Source of the DNA: Raillietiella orientalis
Lineage: Eukaryota
Direction of reading: 5' to 3'
DNA length: 64,000 nt
NCBI GenBank assembly: GCA_036172245.1
Contig: JAYWIR010000001.1
Coordinates: 11,594,001 to 11,658,000, forward strand
Shown: positions 19,816 to 30,425 of the stretch, piece after piece
Layout of the letters: each line of letters opens with the position of its first letter
Position numbering within the stretch: the first letter of the stretch is position 1
Translations under genes and position numbers: made by a program
Notes under the pieces: generated by a model
Told to the model about the DNA's origin: nothing
The model's database searches: none
The model's input: only the letters and a program-made list of their open reading frames with translations

Positions 19816-22800
19816 GACGAACGCCTCAGGTCAGATCCCTGCGACAACGCCCCCAGCAGCTACTGAAGGCGGCCCTTCGGAGACCAGACGAGGGCGACCA
19901 GCGAGTTCGCATCGAAACAGAGCGGAGCACTTCCGGGGGGTCCATCCGGCTGCTCCGGGCCTCGAATCGCCTACGCGCCAAGTTCCCTCTCCCCCCCCCC
20001 ACATACCGGCCAGGCGCGCAAGCAGGCGCTAGCCTCCTTGTAGGTCAGAGCCGGAGGGACGCTTTTGCCTGTAGCGCGGTTGCACTCCGTCGGGCCGGAG
20101 AGATGGGTCTTGGGGCGCTCCTCTAGCGCGCGATCCCCCTCCCGCATCCTGGGAAAGAGGAGAGGGGAGTCTCTGGGCCCTTCGCGAGCAAGAGTTTTTT
20201 GCCCGGGGCAACGGCCTGCCTCCTACCAACTGCGGAAGGGCCTACCTCAAACCGGAGATTCCTCCAACTTTCGGGACCATTTTCGCCTGCCTTTAGGGCT
20301 TGTTGGGACCCCAAGTCACCTCGTGGTGCCATTGCCGGGGAGTTGCCTCACGAAAGGAGAGGAGAAGACGCCGACTCTCCGCTTCCCTCCTCTCCGTCAG
20401 GGGGAGATGGTTGCCCTCTGCGCCAGGAGGGCCTCACGATCCCGCCGTCCGAGTCGCGGGTCGGCGTCGCGCGCGCCCGCCCACCGATAGCTCCGCCCCC
20501 CACCGCCTCTCCCCTCCTTTCTCTTCGAATGCCTCGGGCACAACGCGAGGGCGCGTGGGCGGCCGCCGCCGCACCCCTTCCTCAGAGACAGCGTCGTCCT
20601 CTAGCACGCAAGCGCTCCTTAGGGGCAGCGCTCCCTGAGAGCGGTGACCGCCTTTCGGCCTCCTTCGCCGAGCGCTCCTTCTCCAGCCGCACCCACTGTC
20701 CCCGTCTCGGGCCCAGTTGTCTGCTCCTGGGGACGCGGAAGCCGAACGCAGTCCGAGTCCTCGCCCGCGGCCGACTTAGAGAAGCAGCTTGTGGGGGCGG
20801 CAGTCCTCACAAGCCGCAGCCGAGGAGGGAGCTCAGCCTACTACGGGGGACGGTAGGCAGGTTGACCTCGACCGAGTCGAGCAACGTGGGAGGGAGAATC
20901 GTCCGGATCGCCCGACAGGGCCGGAAGAACCATAGCTCCTTCACACCTTGACCTCTCCCGCTCCCTTGTCATTTATTCGCATTGGTCTCGTGACCTCTCC
21001 CCAGTACCAAACGCGATCCCCTCTGCTCCTTATGCAGTTGCCTGGTACTCCGTACCTGTACGTTTGCATTCTCTAAGGGCAGCCCCACAGGCGTGACGGG
21101 ACCTCGTCAGACAGGGTTGCCGCCCGCCATCTATTTGAAAAAAGCGGATGCTGCGGGATAGCCCCTGGAATGCGCGAGAAAAATGGGGGAGGGCGGCTCC
21201 CGAATGCCTTCGCCGCGCTCGCAGCCCCTGCTCCCTATCAACCCGCTTCCCATCCTCCTCCGCCCCTACGCTCCCGTCCCCCTCACAACCCATCCCCACG
21301 AAGCGGGATCGAAGGGAGCGCCTGTCCGCCGGAGGTGTCCGGGAAGAAATCGCTGTCGAGGATCGAACCCGCTTCTTCGAGCTCGACGCCGCGCTTCCGG
21401 GAAGAGACCCCGGAGTGGGCGCTCCGAGTGGCGCGGGTGCTCGCGTTGCGCTGCCGTGGGATCGTCCGGTGGGAACTGGCGGCAGCCGGAAACGACGCTT
21501 CCTCAACGGGGACGCAACTACCTAGGGTGTGGAGAGCAGGAGGAGGGGCCAATGGTCAAACAAACCAGTGGAGGAACGGGCCGGCCGATCTCCTCAAGCT
21601 GATGGACACGAGAGGCTCCAGAGGGTGCGTGGGGCGGGGACGAGGTGCTGTTGACACCGGTTCCGAGCCGCCTTGTCCGCCACCGTCCCCCGGCTCCCTG
21701 GAACCCACGCCCGAGTCATCCGGAGACTCCCTCCCACTTATTTGTCGAGGGCGCTGCCGACTGAAGAAATAGAGGGGCAGCTCTGTCGGCTCTAGCCAGA
21801 CCCCCAGGGTATGAGATGGAGGAGCAAGAGGAGGAAGAAGGAACGAGTAAGTAAGAAGGGAGGTGGAGGAGGACGAGGAAGAAAGGAGGAGGAGGAGGGG
21901 AGGAAACGATCGCTGGGGGTGCCGAGGGAAGCTGAGATGGGAAAGGGGTGTGCGGGTGCGGCTCGAGGTGACCGTCGCTCACCTCGGATGCGCTGCACGG
22001 CGGCGCGCCCAGAGACTCCCCCCCGTCCTCCCGACTCCACCCCAGGCGTGCGCCTAAGGCTGAGAGGGCCTTCCGATAGCGAAAGGCGGCGCTGCTGCTG
22101 TCGCACTCGTCCGGCACGCACGCACGCATTCACGCACGCGCGCATGCTTTCTCTCTCTCTCGCGCGCGCGCGCACGGAGAAGGAGGCAGGGAGGGAAGGA
22201 GCAAAAATAGGCAGCATCGGGAGGAGCAAAGGAAGAAAAACGAAAGGAAAAAAAAAAAAAGAAAAGAAAAGAAGAAGAAGAAAGAAGCGCAGACACGTCG
22301 TAAAATTTCCTTCCCGATGGTCTTCGCAGATTAACGAGTGGAAAAAAGTGCACGGTTGCTAGGAGACCCGTCCACCCTCTCCTTAAATCACTCGGAAGGA
22401 GACAGCCTTAAGCGCCGCACTTTCTTTCAAGAAAGATCCTCGGCTGCGCTTAATAATTCGCAATTAATCGTATCGGACGCGCCGATCGCACGGATGCTGA
22501 GCTCCGGGGATGCTGAGGCCGCCTATCGAAGGGAAAACCCCGCGGACGGCGGCGGCGGCGACGCGCGCGCCCACCGCAACGGGGAAGCAATAGAGGGGGA
22601 GTAGACGCGGAGGTCGCAAGGGTGAAGCAGGACCGCGGTTTCCCATGGCGACGAAAGGGAGAGAGGGGGGTGCGGAGCCTCCCTCTCCCCCTCCCCATCC
22701 TTCCCTCTCGCGGTCGCTTCCCCTGCCAAGAGGTTCGCCGTCCCCTGCATCTTCGCGCTCGTTCCTTCCTCTGCCGCCGCTGCGGCTAGATGGGGGAAGC

Positions 22801-24162
22801 GCGCGCGCTGGACACACTCAGGGGTCGACCCCCTCCCCCACCCTCTGCCCATAAGAGGAGCAGCCAGAAGGAAGAGGGAGAAGCATGCGCACCCGCAAAG
22901 GAAACAGCGGAAAAGCAAACTTGTCGCTAAGATACGCATCTCCCAGCAAATTAAGATAAGGTAGCTGGATCCCGCTACTGCCCGTACGGAGAGGAAGCTG
23001 CACGAGGGGAGGAGGAAGTATCAAGAACGCAGATAAATTATCAAATACGAGACCTCACAAGATGAGGTCTTCATTACACCACCAGCCTTCTTTTTTTTTT
23101 TTTGTACCTCTTCGGCCTTTTCTAACTACCGCGAATTCTTTCGCTGCCGGCGCAAAGAGCCCGGCGCGCTATTACGCTCGGCTCCTTTCTAAATAAAAAA
23201 CCCCCGCTCAACGACCGTCTCTAATCACGAAGATTCCTCTCATCCGGAATGCTTTGCGCGCATTCCTCCGCGCTCGGACCGCCGCCGCTGCCGCCGCCGC
23301 CGCGCGCGCGCTTTCGCCGCTCTTCCGTGCGCACCGCGCGGTTCGTTTCCTCTCGGACTCGGCCGCTCTGTCGGCGCGCTCCCGTCGCGGAGGTACCTCC
23401 TCCTTTCTCTCCCTTCCCTCTCCCCCCCCCCCTCTCTATTTTTTTCTTTCGTTCTTTTTTGGGCTGACGTCATCGGCCGCCGCCGCTCGGTAGCGCCGCT
23501 GCCCACGGCGCCTCTTCGGCTGCGTCTTCCCCGTGGCAGCAGCGCTGTGCACAACTCCTCGGCGCCCCTTCGAGGGGGTGGGGTAGGACCCCTGCTCCTG
23601 GGCTTCTGGAGGAGGAAGTGACGCTACGGAAAGCGCCGAGACACGAGCTGCTGGCGTCACGTCGGCGCGTGCGCGCGCCGCTCCGCCCGCAGGCGGCGCG
23701 AAGCAGTCTACGGCCCCGCGACTCGCACAGCGGCAGCGCGTGCTCACCCACGCCTCCCGTCCTCCCTGCCCGCAGGGACGCACAGTCCTCCACGGCCCTT
23801 CGGAATGCTCCAAACAGGATACCGCCGCAGCGGTGCCCCCCCGGTGGCGGGCTGACCCCGCCGGTCCCTCCCACCGCCGCGTGCTCGTGGAGATCTCTCT
23901 CAGCGGGCCCGGTCCCTCCGCCTCCGCCCGGTGCCTGCTCACTCGCAGCTATGAGAGCCGCGCGGGGCCCCTGGGCCCCAAAAGGAGTGCTCTGAGGCGA
24001 CGCCGCTTCCGGGTTTCGCTCCGCATCCCGAAACTCCGGCGCCGAAAAGCGGGAAAGGGAGGAGGGTTCCTCCTTCGGGGTCGATCGCTCCATGCGCCGC
24101 CGCGTGTCAGCTAGACGGAGGCACGGCGCATCCGTCTCCCCGGCAACGATGGTAGAATGAAA

Positions 24163-24522
24163 CTCTCGGACTGCGTTCCGGGAGGACGGGAACACTCCAA
24201 AGTGTCCTGGTGATTAGGCCGAGGATCCACGAGGCATTTCGGGAAGGACATACGTACGTCCGTTCGCCCTGAAGAAGAGGAGCAAGGGAAGAAGAGGAAG
24301 GGAAGAGCAAGGAGAAAGGAGGAGGAGGGGGAATAGGGGGAGGAGGAGGAGGCAGGGAGGACTGAAGGAAGAGGAAAGGGGAAGAGGGGGAGGAGGAAGA
24401 CGCAGCGATTCTGCAAGTCGACCGTACATGCGCACGTCCATCCCGAAATGTGTTACGGGTCCTCGGTCCGATCGCCAGGCCACTTCGGAGGGTTCCCATC
24501 CTCCCAGGGTGCAGCCCGAGAG
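24163..24522. repeat. Inverted repeat (114-nt arms) around a polypurine spacer; foldback/MITE-like
   Basis: 24163-24276 aligns without gaps to the reverse complement of 24409-24522 at 85/114 identities (hand count); spacer 24277-24408 is nearly pure G/A. Confidence 0.9.
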
Positions 24523-27500
24523 CCGCACTCCGAACTCGCGGACACGTCCCGTGGCGACGGCAAGAAGCGCTCCGCAGCTCGACTCACCGCCGCCGGCGCT
24601 TCCGGCAAGAGGTGGGAAGGCCGTCAAGGAAAGCAAACTCGGGGGGTCCTCCACGCGCAGTTTTTGCCCTCTCCCCTCCGCTGAGGTGCGTCCTCGGGTC
24701 CGAAATTTTCCCGCGTCGCTGCATGCCCCCAGCTACTGCTCAGCTGGATCCTCGGCGGCCATCGAGGAGGCTGACCAAACAACAATCCGGCTCCGCCGGC
24801 GCCGCTGCCAGAGTTTTTCCACGACGACCGTGCAAACACTTGGGCGGTCGGGGCGGCCCGTCCGCCCTCCTCCTTCCGCATCTTCAGCTCCCCGACTCTT
24901 CTTGGAGAGAGACGCCTGTGCGCTCCGAAGGCTCTCGAGTCCATCTCAGGAGCAGGGAGGAACCGCAGCGTAGGAGGAGAGACCCGGCGAGCTGACCCTG
25001 GTCGTTGTCCGAGCGGAGCTGTAAGAGAATCCGGGGCAGCCGTGACCGCACACTTCGCTTCAGCGGCAGCCTTGAGGGTTTTCGAGGAGGAGGTCCTCGA
25101 AAACCTTGGGGGAAGAGAACGACGGTGGGAAGGAGGAAAGGGAGAGGAAAAGGAGGAGGGAGGAGGAGGAAGAGGAAGAAATGAAGAGGAGGGAGAGAAG
25201 CGAAGAAGAGGAGGAAGGGAAAAGATAAAATGGAGGGGCAGGCGCATCCGCCCCCAAGGGGAAAGCTTCCTCCGCTCCTCACGGCGCCGAGGAAGTGGAC
25301 CCGAGAGCTCGTGGTCTGCTTTGATGGAAGGAGACGGGATGCGGCTATATGGGCCGACGTCCTCTGTCCCCGGACCTCCGGGATCTCCCCCTGAACGATC
25401 CTCCAGCGGGTTTGCTTTCCTTGGAGTGGCAAGGGTCAACCTCCGAGAGGATTCTGGTGGAAGGGCATGGCCAGACTCCCCTGACGAGTGGGTTCGTTCC
25501 GGTGGCGCAGCCCCTGCCGGCGAGGGGCCATCCATCATGTTAATGCCTGATGGGTCTGTGGCCCCTCCACCGGTGAAGACCGGGACGGCTACTCTCCGTC
25601 CGCAGGGGATTCGCGAGCGCCGCCCGCTCGTGGCGGAGCGGCGAGGGGAGAGAAGGACATAGGGTCTCGGAAGCCCTTTGAGCATCTGGGCGGGTCGGCG
25701 GCAGCGAAAGAAGGAGCGGCGCCGCCGCTGTGACGACTGTCGGGTACCGCCGCTTGGGGCGTTCCGCTCGGGAGACCGAGGACTCCCGGGGGTTTTGCGG
25801 ATGCAGCCGCAAGGACCGCTGACCGATCCCCATCCCTAGACGCGGAGACCGGCACCTACGCCCCCTTCTCACTTCCCCGACGCCCGAAACTCGACGGATG
25901 GATGGCGAAACGGCGAACTCTGATCCCTGAAGAATCGCTGGGAGCCGCCTCTCGCAAGGGGCCTCCCGGGGGTCTGATGAGGTGCGCCCACACATACCCT
26001 GCTGCCTCTACCGCTGCCTGATGGGAGTAAAGACGAGAGGTCGCCGAGGCGACCGGTCCCGCCCCCCGTTCCCTTGTCTGTTTGTCTGTTGGTCCCTTTG
26101 AGCTCCGCAGGCGCCCGCAGCGCTAAGAGGGCGGCGTCCTGCCTCCACCCTCTTTGCGGTGCTTCGGCGAGAATTCCGTCCGTGACGGCGGCGGTAGCCC
26201 CGCTGTTGGAGCGGTGAGTCCTCCCCTCGCGCCCCGCGCAGATCCGTTCACCAGGAGCGCGCGTGAACGCACCAATGCTTTCCTTCCATTCCTGCGCACC
26301 TCTCAGCGGTGGCAACGCTCCCGCGCGCGCGACCGCGAGAATCCCTGGCCGTCCACGGCGCAAAGGAGCTGCGTCCTCCATTTCCCTGTCCCCGTCGTTC
26401 CGCCCAAACCTCCGGGGGGGGGCGGGGAACGGCAGGGGAAGGGGAGAGGGGAGCGATGCACAAAAAACAAAAATGGCGTCCTTCGCTGCCGCCAGCTCGT
26501 CGACCATCTCTCCGCGGGAACGAACAGAGTTCTTTCCTCGGTTGGCGCTGCGCCACCGCAGAGCTACTCCTCGAGCCATCGCGCGAACTGCAAGCAGGCC
26601 TGAAGGAAGAGAAAGGGAATTATCGTGAGGAGTGCTCGGAGAACGGTCTCTTCCTCCTCCCCTTCCTTCATCCTTCCTCCTCTTTCGTTCCACCTCCTCT
26701 CTCTCTCCTTTCCTCTTCCTCCTTCCACCTCCCCTCTCCCTTCCTCCTCTCTCCCCTCTTCCTCTTTCTCCCCCCTTCCTCCTCCTTTGCCCCTCTGAAC
26801 GTGGGGACAGGATGAACGGTTCCCGAAGGATGCGCTCTCTGCCGCCACCGGAATCGGAGAGGTCCGACTTCCTACTGGACCCTCTCATAGTCTTCAGACT
26901 GCACCAAGTCAGACACGGCCTCTCCGGGATTTCGGAAAAGCCGCGAGCGCGCGATTTCCACGGTGCTTCGAGTGCACCGGCGGCAGGAAGGGAAGCCGGT
27001 GGGCGGTGGCGCACCCGAGCGGAAGGTTCCGAAACCACGACGGCACGGATCCTCGGAGACCTCCCCGACAACGGTGATTCCCACGTCCATAGTGGAGCTG
27101 TCCATGCCAATCGCTGTCACCTTTCGCGCGATGCGACCAGCGTTGCATCGGACACCGCGCGACCCCTCCATGTTTGGCTCGCCCGCGCAGCACGGGCGCC
27201 GGAGCTCGTGGGCGCCCGGAAAGCCGAAAGATTTCCCCGCTCGAAGTGCGAGCCGGGGACAGGTCGAGGTCATATGGTCGCCAAAGCGTCCTGCATTTTT
27301 TGGCCTTCCTCTTCGGGAGCCGGCTGCCCGATGGAAACTTCTCGGGCAGCCAACCACTCGTCTCTCGGCCCGGTTCTTGCTGCCGACTCGGTCGTCCCCT
27401 GCCGCTTCGCCCTGAGCCGGAAGGCGGGGAGCCGCACAGGAGGGGCAGCGTGATCGGAAGTGTTGCCCAAAGGGGCAGGATGAGGGCGTGCCCCTCTCCG

Positions 27501-28789
27501 CCCTCGATCCCCAGTGCCAAAAGTTTGGCCCGTTCGCCTGCCCGGACGACCGTGCGCCGTCACAGCGGAGGACACCGCCGAGAGGCAACAGCACGCGCGT
27601 GTCGCTGCTGCTCGGCGGCGGCGGCGGCAGAGGTCGCGAGCGCGCCGTCGCCCGGCTGTCGCGCACGCGCGGGCTGCGGCCTGGGATGCGCACCGCCGTC
27701 TCTACAGATGGATCTTCCTCCCACGTATGCCACACGGATGAGGAAGGAAGGAGGCGGCGGAACGGCAGCTTCGGGGCACCTCCGCGGTCCCGTTGAGGCC
27801 GCGGCGTCTTCGGCGCAGTTCCGTCCTGCGCTCCACCACGTGCGACGTCGAGGAAGGGTGGGAAGAAGCGGGGAGGGGGGAGAGAGGCTCTGCGCGCACT
27901 AATGACGCGGCGGCCTCTCGCTGGCAGACAGACGTTCGTGCGCGCGCGCTGGCGGTGTGCAGGAACGCGCGCGGGGGGAGCATTCCGCCCTCCGCTTCCT
28001 TCCCGTCTAATCCGTCGGGACGAAGCGCGTCGCCCGCCCGCACCGTCCCGGATCGCGGGCGGAAACGCTGAGCGCGCGCGTTCGCAGCGCCCCTCCCGAC
28101 GTTCGCTAATCGCCGCTCGCGGACTTCGGCGCTCCGAGCGTCGCGTGAATGCAAATGCAGGGGGCGTTTCGTAAATATTTGCTCTCGGCTGCCGGCAGCA
28201 GCCGGTGGAATGGCGCTCGTGTTTATCCAAGCGGTCGGGCGCTCCCATGTCTGCTGCCGAGGTCTCTCCGGAAGAGAAAGACGGAGCGATGCATAAAATT
28301 TTTTCGGTTAGGCCTTCTCTCTTTTGTTTTTAGGTCCGCGCGCGCGTTTTTAAGGGGGTAGGGGAGCGGCAGGGGAAGGCCTGTCGACCATCAGTTCCGT
28401 TCCGCCATGGGTGGAAAGGGAAGAGGCACAAACTTTCCGGAGAAGAGTCGTCGCCGCCGCAGGAACCACGTTTTCGAAACCCCCTCTGTGGTCGGCGCGT
28501 TGTCCTCCTCGTCGTCGTCTTTCGCTCTGCCGCTGCACACGCCAACCGCCCGCTGCCCGCACGCGGCGCGCCGTGAGTGTTGGGTCGCGCCGGCGAGGGT
28601 GCCGACACCGTGGCAACTCGCGCGTGGGCGGGCACGAGGAGAGAGAGAGAGGGGGGGGGGAGGCCCTGCTGCTCTTCGACCAGTGCACCCACTGCGCAGC
28701 CACTGCTGCTGCATCCTCCTCCTTCTGGCGAGCCGCATGTTCGCCTCTGCCTCCGTTGGTCCACCTCCGCCTTGGCAGCGATGGTCGCA

Positions 28790-29150
28790 ACCCCCGGAGG
28801 CGCTTTCCATTCGCACCTCGGAGGACCTCTCGGGATGTTTTGATCCTCTGCCTTCGATTCCTTTTGGGGTCCAGATCTTGGCTGTCCAAACTGGATGATG
28901 GATGGAGAAGGCATCTTCGGACCCACGGCGACCCCTGGGCAGGAGGACAAAGCGAGGTAGGCAGCCGGCTCGGATGTCCCACACGCTCCGTTTGCGCACT
29001 GTATGGGATGCTAGCCCGTCCCCGTGGAAACCGGAGCGTCGCATTATCCTCCTCCGGTCCTCCCCATTTTCAGCGCCAAAAGCTCTCCCCTCTGACAGCG
29101 TGCTCATTGTTGCCTTGACGGCAGACTTCCGCATGCCAGGGAGGGCGTCT
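28790..29150 (-). mobile_element. Decayed L1/Tx1-like ORF1 fragment
   Basis: Minus-strand VWDIRAGCLPRFVLLP and SIIQFGQPR...PPRCE resemble the LPxFxxL..GQPxxC knuckle region of ORF1. Confidence 0.3.
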
Positions 29151-30054
29151 CTTTCCGGCAGATTCGGCTGCTGCTTCCCCGCAGCATCTTCCGCTACCCG
29201 CTTTCAGGGAGGGGGCGGACATCCTGTCGTGGCGTCGGCGGGTCGAGGTCGACGTTGCCTCGGCTGGTCGGCTGCCTCATGGCCGGAGATTTTTCCGGAC
29301 GTTGCGGAACCTCCCCGGCGGGAGTGAGCTACCAGGACTAGCCAGAAGCAGGGGGAACGCGCTCCTCCTCCTCCTGTGGGAAAGGTCCTCTTAGCTGCCG
29401 CGGTGGACCGAGAGGTGAGCGCAGACATTTCCGAGGCGGGGCGGGACTCACAAGGCGCGGTGGCGGGGAGGGGGGTGGTAGCGCCATCTCGGGAATCGGA
29501 CGTGGCGCTGCCAGCGGATTGCGTCGTCAGCTACGCTGAGGGTGGTGTCTGGCCGCCTCGGCGGGTGCGACAGCAGCTTCAGCGTCGGCAGCCGCGTGCT
29601 AACGGGACTGCGCGCTCGCCTGCCGTCGCTCAGCCGCGCAGAGCGCGGGATCGCTCGGGGCTCGACCCCGTTAGGGGGCGCAGCCGACACGCCAGCCCGC
29701 CTGGAAGGCGCGCAGGATGCGGGGACCGCCGCAAAGCTGCGCCCAGAGCCCCTGAGACTCCAGGCAACGGTCCTCCGTCGAGCCCTGCAGGTCGTCTTCC
29801 AGGCTGCTGGTGGTGGGTGGCTGCAGGTTGCGTGGGAAGTGGGGGTGCTCTCATCTCCGAAGTGGGGGCTGTGGAAGGCCTTCGAAGGAAGACCCGACGA
29901 AGAAGGCTCCTCCACTGCGTAGGTCCCCATCTGCCCCAAGGGGTGGACGGCAGCAGCACTCCCTCCTTTCCCTCCTCTCCGCCCTACGGAAAGAACGCAC
30001 AGAGAGAACGGGGAATGAAACCAAACAAGAAAACTGAGCCACGCAGGCCGGGAT

Positions 30055-30425
30055 AGAATAAAAGTGAAGGGAATCCAACCATCAAGAAATAAAAAAGCCC
30101 AAAATAAGAAAGGGCAATCAAACAGTGCAAAAAAATAAAGCAGCGGAAGGGAAGCTTAGCTAAACGAAACTGAAAGGAAGAAACCAAATAAAGTAAAATA
30201 AAATAAAATGAAATAAAATGAAATGAAAAACAAAGTAAACTTAAATGAAATTTAAGTTTTATAAAACAAATAAAATAAAGTAGACTGAAATGATATAAAA
30301 TAAAATAAAGCAGACTTAATAAAATAAAATGAAGGAAACTTGAATGCAATTGGATAACAGAAATAAATCAAACGAAACCAAAATAGAATAGAATAAAACC
30401 AAGAAAAATAAAATGGATGAGAGAG
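30055..30425 (+). repeat. Degenerate (AAAAT)n A-rich simple repeat
   Basis: Many aaaat/aaaatg/aatag units; a strongly AT-rich island in GC-rich DNA. Confidence 0.9.

Noticed and set aside
19400-19940. Inverted arms around the large 19.5 kb purine tract
   Set aside because: Only 7-8-nt matches (ccggaag, ctcgctgg) with inconsistent spacing; not distinguishable from chance by eye.
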